Assembly: GCA_964349065.1 (NCBI GenBank) | Contig: CAYGEY010000002.1 | Span: 907 to 64,906, forward strand | DNA length: 64,000 nucleotides | DNA from: an uncultured Candidatus Peribacteria bacterium | GTDB lineage: Bacteria > Patescibacteriota > Gracilibacteria > 1-14-2-50-48-13 | Direction of reading: 5' to 3' | Shown here: one piece after another, positions 1 to 8,253 of the stretch | Layout: every line of letters starts with the position of its first letter | Position numbering within the stretch: the stretch's first letter is position 1 | Made by a program: the position numbers and the translations under genes | Notes under the pieces: generated by a model | What the model saw: the letters and a program-made list of their open reading frames with translations, nothing else | The model's database searches: none | Told to the model about the DNA's origin: nothing

Positions 1-119
1 GTTGTCTCAACCGTTGTCCCAGTACTAGTTGTACCTGTAGACGTGGTAGATATAGTTGATGACTCCCCACAAGACGTAAGTGCCAGCATCAAAGTCATCA
101 AGGCAAAATATTTTTTCAT
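1..119 (-). CDS. putative lipoprotein, N-terminal fragment (gene runs off the left window edge)
   Basis: ATG at 119 on the minus strand. Hand translation MKKYFALMTLMLALTSCGESSTISTTSTGTTSTGTT shows a signal peptide, a lipobox-like LTSC and a Ser/Thr-rich linker. It is absent from the ORF track because it is truncated. Confidence 0.5.
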   Translation of the reverse strand, partial: MKKYFALMTLMLALTSCGESSTISTTSTGTTSTGTTVET

Positions 120-188
120 TGTTCAAAAAGTTAGGGATAAAACAATTATTACTTGTTTAACCTTTTTTATATGAATTGTAAATGAATT

Positions 189-878
189 TTATCGTACAAC
201 CACATTTTGGGCATACCTTTTCGCAATCTTTTCAAACCTCTGCATCTCATCTTCTGTGAACGAATCTCGATTTTCAAAATGTGCATCAATATGCTTTCCT
301 CTGCGGAAATTTTGCAAAGCCCAGGTTTGTGCCCCCAAGATTTCTAGGCCCATTTCATGAATATCTTGCAAAGAATGCATACCTGGAACAAGAGTTGACC
401 TTAGTTCATACTGAACATTGTTCTCTTTCAACAATTGGATCGTCTTTTGAATGCTTTTCAGATCAATTTTTACTTTTGGAGACACATTCTCGTATTTACT
501 CAGTGTATGCTTCACATCTAACGCGACAAAATCAATGAGGTTCTTTTCAATCAGCATTTGAACAACATGAGCATTCGTCCCATTGGTATCAAGCTTTACC
601 AGAAATCCATAAGATTTGATAAGCACAATCAACTGGACTAAATCATGGTGAATGGTCGGCTCTCCGCCACAAATAACAATCCCGTCCAAGAGCCCTTGCC
701 GGCTTTCTAAAAACGTTTTTAAAAATTCTTCGTCTACAAAATTACCACCTTTATTTGGCAATACCAACTCCGGATTGTGACAATATCCGCACCGGAGGTT
801 ACAACCAGGAAGAAACAATACTGCTGAAAGTTTCCCAGGGTAATCACTTAGTGAAAACGGCTCGATGGCAAATTTCAT
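189..878 (-). CDS. nrdG: anaerobic ribonucleoside-triphosphate reductase activating protein (radical SAM)
   Basis: 229 aa. Radical-SAM cluster motif CNLRCGYCHN near the N-terminus and ICGGEPT motif. The start shares 1 nt with the stop of the upstream nrdD fragment (TAATG). Confidence 0.9.
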   Translation of the reverse strand: MKFAIEPFSLSDYPGKLSAVLFLPGCNLRCGYCHNPELVLPNKGGNFVDEEFLKTFLESRQGLLDGIVICGGEPTIHHDLVQLIVLIKSYGFLVKLDTNGTNAHVVQMLIEKNLIDFVALDVKHTLSKYENVSPKVKIDLKSIQKTIQLLKENNVQYELRSTLVPGMHSLQDIHEMGLEILGAQTWALQNFRRGKHIDAHFENRDSFTEDEMQRFEKIAKRYAQNVVVR

Positions 879-1090
879 TATTTACAGCAATTATCAGAAC
901 TTGCCCCTCGCATAGTGTCAGCCTGATTAAAATATAACCTTGAGTAATACTCAGATTTTTTCCCAACATTGTACTGGCTCACAGGGCGGTGATACCCCAT
1001 CACCCGAGTCCAAATCTCGCATTTACTGCGCTTTGACATGAGAGTTGCGATGTCTTGAGTATTCATTGTTTCTAAAGTAGCTGTTGTCAT
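878..1090 (-). CDS. nrdD: glycyl-radical C-terminal segment of class III RNR, separated from nrdD by one in-frame TAA
   Basis: 70 aa, containing TRVMGYHRPVSQYNVGKKSE (RxxGY glycyl-radical loop). It is in the same reading frame as 1103..2959; only TAA plus 4 sense codons lie between them. Confidence 0.75.
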   Translation of the reverse strand: MTTATLETMNTQDIATLMSKRSKCEIWTRVMGYHRPVSQYNVGKKSEYYSRLYFNQADTMRGASSDNCCK

Positions 1091-1102
1091 AGGTATTTGT
1101 GA

Positions 1103-2959
1103 TTATGAAATATTTTTAATAAGATCTTTTTTTCTCTCCGAAGTGTGATGATCCATATTTGAACCATTTCGTAAATGATTTGGAATCCCAAGCGCATCAT
1201 CACATTTCGGACAGTACTCATGTTCACCCGCTAAATAACCATGTTTCGCACACATAGAAAATGTGGGTGAAATCGTTAAATAGGGAAGTCGAAACTTTTC
1301 AAACGCAGTGCGTACCAACTTTTTACATGTCTCTCCATCAGAGATCCTCTCACCCATGTAGAGGTGAAGCACCGTCCCTCCGGTATATTTTGCCTGCAAA
1401 TCATCTTGATGGAGTAGTGCGGCAAACGCATCACTCGTATACTCCACCGGAAGCTGTGATGAGTTCGTGTAATAAGGGAATTCTTTGGTTCCAGCCTGAA
1501 TGATTTTTGGAAATTTTTTTAGATCTTCTTTTGCAAACCGATAGGTAGTCCCCTCTCCCGGGGTCGCTTCCAGATTATAAAGATTGCCTGTTTCTTCTTG
1601 AAAGATCACCAATTCTTTTCGAATTTCATCAAGCATCTCCAAAGCAAAATCCCGCCCGACTTTGGTGGTAATATCTTCTTTGTCATCAAAAAAATTACGA
1701 ATGGACTCGTTGAGACCATTGATCCCAATAGTGGAAAAATGATTGTTCAGTCTCCCTAAATATCTTTTTGTGTAAGGGAAAAGTCCACTATCCAACCATT
1801 CTTTTATTTCATATCGCTTCTTTTCCAATGAATGTTTCGCAATATTCATCAAATACATCAGTTGTTTTTTATATTCAGCAATGTCCCCTTTATGCACATA
1901 CCCTAATCTCGCCATATTGATCGTCACCACACCAATACTTCCGGTCATTTCAGACGAACCGAAAAGTCCATTTCCTCGCTTGAGAAGCTCACGCAAATCA
2001 AGCTGCAGTCGACAGCACATGGATCTCACATCTCCAGGAGCCATACTTGAGTTAATAAAGTTTTGGAAGTAGGGAAGTCCGTATTTAGCAGTGAGGTCAA
2101 AAAGTAGTGTAGCATTCGGGTGATCCCATTCAAAATCTTTGGTGATATTGTAGGTTGGGATAGGAAATGTAAAAATACGACCTTTCAGATCCCCGGCTGA
2201 CATTACTTTTATGTATGCCTCATTGATACACATCATCTCTTTCTCCAGTTCACCAAAAGTGTAGTCAAATTCTTTTCCTCCAAGTACGAGCTTCTTATCC
2301 TCCAAATCTTTGGGGCAATTCCAGTCAAATGTGATATTAGTAAACGGCGTCTGACTCCCCCAACGAGACGGAATATTGAGATTGAAAACAAACGACTGCA
2401 TTGCGTCATAGACATACTTTTTTACTTTATCGTTAATATATTTTTCACGATCATCGATAGAAGGGAAAGCTACTTGGTATTCCTCAATTTCTTTTCGTAT
2501 TTCCAACTCGTGTTTTTTTACAAATGGAGCTAGGTAGGTGTCAAATGATGAAAACGCCTGCGCTCCCGCCCATTCATTTTGCAATGTCCCTAAAAAGTTT
2601 ACCATTTGCGCTACTGCTGAGACGAGATTTTTAGGAGGGCCACTTTCGATTTTATCTGCAACTCCATTAAACCCTTCTTCTAAAAGTACACGAAGTGACC
2701 ACCCTGCGCAATATCCGGAAAACATAGAAAGGTCATGGATGTGCATATCTCCGCTTCGATGCGCGGTACTGATCTCTTCATTGTACACTTTATCAAGCCA
2801 ATAATTGGCAATGACCTTGCCGGAAACGTTAAGAATCAGCCCACCAAGCGAGTATCCTTGATTAGCATTCTCCTTCACCCGCCAATCATGTTGCATGAGA
2901 TATTCAGCAACTGTTTGCACCGGATGGACCACTGCATGTTTAGGATTATTTTCTGGCAT
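1103..2959 (-). CDS. nrdD: anaerobic (class III) ribonucleoside-triphosphate reductase, large part lacking the Gly-radical loop
   Basis: 618 aa. N-terminal DWRVKENANQGYS, active-site region VRSMCCRLQLD, C-terminal Zn-ribbon-like CAKHGY..CPKC. There is no ATP-cone. Confidence 0.9.
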   Translation of the reverse strand: MPENNPKHAVVHPVQTVAEYLMQHDWRVKENANQGYSLGGLILNVSGKVIANYWLDKVYNEEISTAHRSGDMHIHDLSMFSGYCAGWSLRVLLEEGFNGVADKIESGPPKNLVSAVAQMVNFLGTLQNEWAGAQAFSSFDTYLAPFVKKHELEIRKEIEEYQVAFPSIDDREKYINDKVKKYVYDAMQSFVFNLNIPSRWGSQTPFTNITFDWNCPKDLEDKKLVLGGKEFDYTFGELEKEMMCINEAYIKVMSAGDLKGRIFTFPIPTYNITKDFEWDHPNATLLFDLTAKYGLPYFQNFINSSMAPGDVRSMCCRLQLDLRELLKRGNGLFGSSEMTGSIGVVTINMARLGYVHKGDIAEYKKQLMYLMNIAKHSLEKKRYEIKEWLDSGLFPYTKRYLGRLNNHFSTIGINGLNESIRNFFDDKEDITTKVGRDFALEMLDEIRKELVIFQEETGNLYNLEATPGEGTTYRFAKEDLKKFPKIIQAGTKEFPYYTNSSQLPVEYTSDAFAALLHQDDLQAKYTGGTVLHLYMGERISDGETCKKLVRTAFEKFRLPYLTISPTFSMCAKHGYLAGEHEYCPKCDDALGIPNHLRNGSNMDHHTSERKKDLIKNIS

Positions 2960-2961
2960 AC

Positions 2962-3009
2962 ATACTATATTTAGTGATTACTTTTACATTATCATACTAA
3001 ATATGGTTT
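2962..3009 (-). promoter_or_regulatory. two NrdR-box-like palindromes upstream of nrdD
   Basis: Plus-strand ATACTATATTTAGTGA (2962..2977) and TCATACTAAATATGGT (2993..3008). The cores CTATATTTAG and CTAAATATGG have centres 32 bp apart. They resemble the recalled NrdR consensus acaCwAtATaTwGtgt. Confidence 0.4.
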
Positions 3010-3134
3010 TGTTCCATTCCAAGAGCATTTTTTTTATGGGTTTGACGGAGTTCAAAAAAACTATCGGAAGAAATGGTGAAAGTGTCACTGGAGTGGTCTT
3101 GGAATAGTGGACAAATACTCACTATGATGTCGTA

Positions 3135-4091
3135 TTATTTTTTTATTTCAAATTTTTGGAGGAGATGTTTTATACTTTGTATGTCTTGAATACCCAGTTT
3201 TAAAGCCAAATACTGAGCTTTTTCATAGAGTTGGTGAACAGACTTTAGAGAAAAGTGGGGCAGATTTTTGGAAAGGATTATCTGAAGATATTTTTGATAT
3301 TCTTCAGGAGTGAGAACTTCCCCATTCATAATTTTTGGTTTGAGTTCGGGAGTATCTGCGAGAAACAATAGAAGAATGGGAGTTACTTTCAGATTTTGGA
3401 GATCGGTAGAAATTTCTTTCGGATTATTATATTCTTCTGCATCATTATGCATTTGATAGAGAAGTCCCAGGAGTTTTGAAAACTCGAGGAGATTGTCTTT
3501 ATCATTTGAGATTTGTATGTGAGCAAGAATGAGAGGAAGATATATTGAATAATATGCGGTTTTTTTAATGTACCAGGTTTGAAGCCCCTCCAAAGTAGGG
3601 ATGTGATCATTCAAAAATTCATGCGTTTGACCTTGGATGGTTTGATCAACGGCTATGTAGAATTCTGCTTTGAGCTGTGGATCAATAGCACTTTGCGCAA
3701 GATGTTTGTAAGCTGCATTTGCAACCGCGTCCCCGATCATAAGTGCGAGAGACATGGCTTTGTGCGGTGAATACTTTTTTGCAAATTCAGTGTGGAGGGT
3801 GTTCTTACCTCTGCGTGTTTCATCCTGATCCATGATGTCATCATGAATGAGAAAATAATTATGCAGGAGTTCGAGAGAGATTGCGACATTGATATCAGGA
3901 GCGACTTGGAGGTGCGTGCACATCTCGAAATAAAGTCGAGGGCGAAGTTGTTTTCCTCCTGTGAGGAGATACACTTTCGCATAATGAAGGCTAGCAGGGA
4001 AACTCTGAATTATATTTTCAACTGCGAGTTCGTATGGTTTAGTGAAAAAAATTTCAAACATGGATTGGGGATTACCGGGATTTTTTAGCAC
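3135..4091 (-). CDS. polyprenyl diphosphate synthase family protein (trans-IPPS)
   Basis: 318 aa. First Asp-rich motif LIHDDIMDQDETRRG. The second motif position reads YQMHNDAEEY, which is degenerate. Confidence 0.8.
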   Translation of the reverse strand: MLKNPGNPQSMFEIFFTKPYELAVENIIQSFPASLHYAKVYLLTGGKQLRPRLYFEMCTHLQVAPDINVAISLELLHNYFLIHDDIMDQDETRRGKNTLHTEFAKKYSPHKAMSLALMIGDAVANAAYKHLAQSAIDPQLKAEFYIAVDQTIQGQTHEFLNDHIPTLEGLQTWYIKKTAYYSIYLPLILAHIQISNDKDNLLEFSKLLGLLYQMHNDAEEYNNPKEISTDLQNLKVTPILLLFLADTPELKPKIMNGEVLTPEEYQKYLQIILSKNLPHFSLKSVHQLYEKAQYLALKLGIQDIQSIKHLLQKFEIKK

Positions 4092-4106
4092 AAAATGGAA
4101 AGAGTG

Positions 4107-4128
4107 AAAAGCCCCCCGGAGGGAGGGC
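4107..4128 (-). terminator. rho-independent terminator after 4146..4682
   Basis: The minus strand reads GCCCTCC-CTCC-GGGGGGC followed by TTTT. Confidence 0.6.
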
Positions 4129-4145
4129 GTAGTGAGAGAAAATCA

Positions 4146-4682
4146 TTATAATCTGCAAATGGATTGCTGATAAAACTTATCCCTCCCCTTATCATATCTA
4201 TTGATATCCTTGGTTTTCACCAATATATCATAAGAAAATTCATGGATCAGGTTTGTTTTAATATCCATGACCTGCAGATCCAGATTAAGGATAAATCCTG
4301 AACTAACTGGCTCAGCTTTTTCAAAACTGAATTTAATTGCACTTTGGTTTTCGTTACTAATAAATGCTTGTTTCCCAAACCTTGCCTCAGTAATAGCATA
4401 AACAGTAAGTAGTCCAGGTTCTGGACCAAATTTTAGTACTGGAACGAAGCCGTAGCTTCTGAACCAATCACGAAAGTTTATGTAGTCCTTCTTTTCCTTG
4501 CCAGGGAAATAATAGTCCTCTGCTTTGCAGTACTGGTCCAAAAAAACTTCTATTTCTCTGAGTTTAAGATATCTTCGGCCACTTTTGCTTTGCAAAAAAT
4601 GCAAAAAAATCCGTTCTTTGCATTTGGAAATAAAAAGAGACTCATTGAATCTAAGCATGCATTTTGTCCACATTTTTGGCAT
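4146..4682 (-). CDS. hypothetical protein
   Basis: 178-aa ORF, last gene of a same-strand orphan cluster. No recognisable motif. Confidence 0.5.
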   Translation of the reverse strand: MPKMWTKCMLRFNESLFISKCKERIFLHFLQSKSGRRYLKLREIEVFLDQYCKAEDYYFPGKEKKDYINFRDWFRSYGFVPVLKFGPEPGLLTVYAITEARFGKQAFISNENQSAIKFSFEKAEPVSSGFILNLDLQVMDIKTNLIHEFSYDILVKTKDINRYDKGRDKFYQQSICRL

Positions 4683-4870
4683 ACTTTCCTTTCTTTGTTA
4701 CTATTTTCATTGAGTTTTGCCAGGCTAAATGTCAGATGTAAATCTGGCATAGATCACTCCTTTTTAGTGTTATATTATTTCTAAATGTTTTGTGAGATTT
4801 GTAAATGGAATTGAAAATAAAAAAATGGCCTCTCAAGAATTGAGAAGCCTGGGGAGTTCTTGGTTAGAAG

Positions 4871-5533
4871 TTATTTTTCTGTTAAGTAGGCGTTATAACA
4901 TCTCCGGTTCAGCACTCCCCTTTCTACTAAATTTGGATCCGTCTCATGGTGTTTTGTATTTTCTTTCGAAAATATCTCACCGCAATCCATGCAGACCAAT
5001 ATAATTTTTCCTCGAAAAATCTTATTCTCATTTTGATTTTCAGTTGTAACATCAATACTTGAAGGATCCTTTTCCGCGTCGCCTGTGCAGTAATGGCAAA
5101 CCCATGCCAATACATCATTTTCGTGTGGAAGTAATCTCATGCATTCCGTGTCATACTCTACGTCGCAAGAATTGCACACAGCTTCCTGCTGATCTTCGAT
5201 GGAAATATCCTCCTCTTCTTCTTCCTCGTCATCAACATTTTCAACTTGCTCATGATCGCAATCCAGACCACCACAGACAGGGCATTCAGTGCTATCATTT
5301 TCTGATACTGCTTTCCAATTAATATAAATCATAACTGAATGCATAGCATATAGCACTCTACTGCCAACTTGCCGATCAGAAACAATTAGCTGTGCATCAT
5401 CATGTATTTCCCTAACAATTCTTGGTCCTCCTGGTGGGAAAAATAATGCCTTTTCTTTTGAGATAACAAGTCCAAAACCATGACCGCTATATGACCAGTA
5501 CTTGTGTCCCACTTCAAATTCTATCTTCTCCAT
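4871..5533 (-). CDS. hypothetical protein with acidic linker and CxxC zinc-ribbon modules
   Basis: 220 aa. Contains CPVCGG, an E/D run (DDEEEEEEDISIEDQQE), CNSC-x22-CHYC with WVC, and LVCMDCGE. Confidence 0.55.
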   Translation of the reverse strand: MEKIEFEVGHKYWSYSGHGFGLVISKEKALFFPPGGPRIVREIHDDAQLIVSDRQVGSRVLYAMHSVMIYINWKAVSENDSTECPVCGGLDCDHEQVENVDDEEEEEEDISIEDQQEAVCNSCDVEYDTECMRLLPHENDVLAWVCHYCTGDAEKDPSSIDVTTENQNENKIFRGKIILVCMDCGEIFSKENTKHHETDPNLVERGVLNRRCYNAYLTEK

Positions 5534-5548
5534 AATTTTTACCTCTTT

Positions 5549-5755
5549 TCATTTTTTATTTTCTGCACTCAAACTAATAAACACAATATCTTTTTCTTTA
5601 TAACAATCCATACATACCCATTTTCCGCTTTCCCCCTCTGAAAATGGTAATATGTATTTCATATGAACTGTTTTAATAAATTTCTGACAATAGTGACATA
5701 CTGCTCTAACATCACTTTTGCCGAAAAGTTTTTCAAATAAATCATTTGATGACAC
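5549..5755 (-). CDS. small zinc-ribbon protein
   Basis: 68 aa. CHYC-x24-CMDC with W two residues before the third Cys. Same module as its neighbours. Confidence 0.5.
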   Translation of the reverse strand: MSSNDLFEKLFGKSDVRAVCHYCQKFIKTVHMKYILPFSEGESGKWVCMDCYKEKDIVFISLSAENKK

Positions 5756-5811
5756 ACGCTCTACCTCACATTTTATTTGTACTATTTCTACACGTTTTAT
5801 AAATATTGTAA

Positions 5812-5838
5812 ACTAAAACCCCCTCACAACGGAGGGGG
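5812..5838 (-). terminator. rho-independent terminator after 5858..6067
   Basis: Stem CCCCCTC (5819..5825) / GAGGGGG (5832..5838). On the minus strand it is followed by TTTTAGTTT. Confidence 0.7.
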
Positions 5839-5857
5839 TTTAACATTGAAATGAAAT

Positions 5858-6067
5858 TTAGAGATTTTCATTTTGTAAGCAGTGTGGACAAATCCACATA
5901 CCATTGCTTACCTCAGCAATTTCACGACTTTTAATTTTAGGCTCGAAAACAGTAAAACAGAGTGAACAAATCTTTTCTTCTATAATTGTAACTTCAGAAT
6001 TACTACATATAGCTGTAATAAATGAAACTTGTCTCTCTTCTTCAAAAGGAACTTGTTGTAACGACAT
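5858..6067 (-). CDS. small zinc-ribbon protein
   Basis: 69 aa. CSLC-x22-CPHC with WIC. Followed by its own terminator. Confidence 0.5.
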   Translation of the reverse strand: MSLQQVPFEEERQVSFITAICSNSEVTIIEEKICSLCFTVFEPKIKSREIAEVSNGMWICPHCLQNENL

Positions 6068-6196
6068 GACTTTAACCTCATCTAATTTTTTATTATTTTA
6101 TAATATATTATTATTAAGTCAATGTTTTCTCCACACCTCCCTACACGAAACTCCCAAAAACTGTATCATGTCCACACTTAACCAAATAATTTTGCC

Positions 6197-7609
6197 ATGG
6201 AGAAAATCACCCCACAATCACAAGACTTTGCACAGTGGTATCAGGACATCGTCAAAGAAGCGGACCTTGCAGAGAATTCTGAAGTGCGCGGATGTGGAAT
6301 TGTGAAGCCATACGGCTATAAAATGTGGGATCTCATTCGTAATGAGCTCAACTCCCGCATCGAAAAAGACGGCGTGGAAAATCTCTACTTTCCGATCTTC
6401 CTCCCTCTCTCCAATTTAGAAATGGAAAAAGACCATATCGAAGGATTTGCTCCAGAGCTCGCAGTGGTCACTCATGGTGGAGGTGAAGAACTCGTCAACA
6501 AGCTTGCAGTGCGGCCAACTTCAGAGGCGGCGATGTATTCTACCTACGCGAAATGGATCCAAAGCTATAAAGACCTCCCCATGCGCTACAACCAATGGGC
6601 AAATGTCGTTCGTTGGGAAAAGCGGCCACGACCGTTTTTGCGTTGGTCAGAATTCCAGTGGCAGGAAGGGCATACGTGTTTTGCGAATAAAGATGAGGCG
6701 GTGACAGAAGTAGCGCACATGCTGGAAATGTACAAAGATATTTTTGATTGGATGGCAATCCCCGCTATTTTAGGGATGAAATCCGAAGCGGAAAAATTTG
6801 CCGGTGCGGATACGACATATACTGTTGAAGTCATGGCCAAAGATGGAAAAGCCATTCAGGGAGCGACATCGCATTACTTGGGGACGCATTTCGCAGAAGT
6901 GTTTGGTGTGAAATACCAAGGTCAAGACGGGAAGGAGCATTTAGTTCACCAAAATAGTTGGGGGATGTCATGGCGGACGATCGGGGCATTAATCATGGTC
7001 CATGGTGATGATAAAGGACTGCGTCTGCCTCCAAATGTGGCTCCCTTTCAGATTGTGATTGTGCCTATTACCCGGGATGAAAATAAAGATAAAGTTTTAA
7101 ATTATGCAAAAAAATTGAAAGAACAATTGGGTGATTATCGAGTGAAAATAGATGACAGTGCAGGATCGCCGGGATTTAAGTTCAATCAATGGGAGATGAA
7201 AGGCGTGCCGGTGCGAATCGAGATTGGTGAGCGAGAAGTGGATGAAGATAAATTAACAGTATTCCGAAGAGATCTTGGAGAAAAAAGTGTGATGACTGAA
7301 GCTGAGTTTTTGTCTGGAGTTTCTGACTTAATGAAATCTATCCATGAAAATTTGTACTCCCAAGCAGAAAAATTTATGAACTCTCATATAGTTCGGATCG
7401 AATCATGGGAAGAGATTGGAGATCAAGTTGGTTTTTTTGAAGCAAGTTGGTGTGAGTCTCCGGAATCAGAGAAAATACTCAAGGAGAAATATTCCATGGT
7501 GTCGAGATGTTTGCCGAAAAAGTATGAGGGGGCCTCACCGAAAAGTAAGAAGTGTTTCATCACAGGGGAAGAGGCAAAACATGATTGGTATTTTGCGAAG
7601 AGTTACTAA
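6197..7609 (+). CDS. proS: prolyl-tRNA synthetase, archaeal/eukaryotic-like type
   Basis: 470 aa. FAQWYQDIVKEADL N-terminus, class II core, Zn-binding C-terminal domain ending in the conserved terminal Tyr (..FAKSY). Confidence 0.92.
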   Translation: MEKITPQSQDFAQWYQDIVKEADLAENSEVRGCGIVKPYGYKMWDLIRNELNSRIEKDGVENLYFPIFLPLSNLEMEKDHIEGFAPELAVVTHGGGEELVNKLAVRPTSEAAMYSTYAKWIQSYKDLPMRYNQWANVVRWEKRPRPFLRWSEFQWQEGHTCFANKDEAVTEVAHMLEMYKDIFDWMAIPAILGMKSEAEKFAGADTTYTVEVMAKDGKAIQGATSHYLGTHFAEVFGVKYQGQDGKEHLVHQNSWGMSWRTIGALIMVHGDDKGLRLPPNVAPFQIVIVPITRDENKDKVLNYAKKLKEQLGDYRVKIDDSAGSPGFKFNQWEMKGVPVRIEIGEREVDEDKLTVFRRDLGEKSVMTEAEFLSGVSDLMKSIHENLYSQAEKFMNSHIVRIESWEEIGDQVGFFEASWCESPESEKILKEKYSMVSRCLPKKYEGASPKSKKCFITGEEAKHDWYFAKSY

Positions 7610-7621
7610 TACTTTTTTTAA

Positions 7622-7659
7622 TTTTTGAACCGATCACAAAACGTAATCGGTTCAAAAAT
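7622..7659. terminator. bidirectional hairpin between convergent proS and 7676..8119
   Basis: TTTTTGAACCGAT-cacaaaacgta-ATCGGTTCAAAAA: a 13-bp stem with A/T runs on both sides. Confidence 0.7.
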
Positions 7660-7675
7660 ATGATTTTTCTAAAAC

Positions 7676-8119
7676 CTACGCTGCTTTACTCCACAAAAAA
7701 TAGAGCAATGCCGCCGCAACATGCAAATCTAACCAAATGCGTGAACCATTGATAAACAAAAGTTTCCATGACATATTCTCCCATGCAACATTAGAGAATA
7801 AGATTGTCCATGCTGCAGATGTGACTAAACACGCCAATATCATTGCAGAGGCAAATGATGTCGGATCAACCAAAACAAACAAAATTGCAAACATAATATT
7901 TCGCACAATACAGTACAGGTTCTCTATCAAAAATGCTCGTCCCATTCCTTCATTCATCCCCTTCGGATCCGGCTTTATATTCGCCAATTTCATCCAGATT
8001 TTTCCAAAAAGAGGACCATACCAAAGCATCCCGATGATGTTCGCAGCTACGATGCTCAGCACTATTGGAAGCCACGGAAGCTGAGTCAAAACGGTCATTA
8101 ATTGTGATTCGATATTCAT
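7676..8119 (-). CDS. DUF1761-like membrane protein
   Basis: 147 aa, 4 TM segments. The motif LWYGPLFGKIWMK is typical of DUF1761 as recalled. Confidence 0.6.
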   Translation of the reverse strand: MNIESQLMTVLTQLPWLPIVLSIVAANIIGMLWYGPLFGKIWMKLANIKPDPKGMNEGMGRAFLIENLYCIVRNIMFAILFVLVDPTSFASAMILACLVTSAAWTILFSNVAWENMSWKLLFINGSRIWLDLHVAAALLYFLWSKAA

Positions 8120-8198
8120 AATAGATAAAAAGAAATAGTGATTTGAGTATAAATGACTTTTTCACAATGTAAATCATAGCAAAAACCGGCTTCCATAT

Positions 8199-8227
8199 TT
8201 GTTTTTTGGTGAATATTATGGTATACT
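8199..8227 (+). promoter_or_regulatory. candidate promoter of xfp (extended -10)
   Basis: TTGTTT-17 nt-TATACT, preceded by TG (TGgTATACT). The same TGGTATACT element recurs at 12487..12495. Confidence 0.45.
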
Positions 8228-8253
8228 TTAGCTAAATAATTTTAGACTTATAC

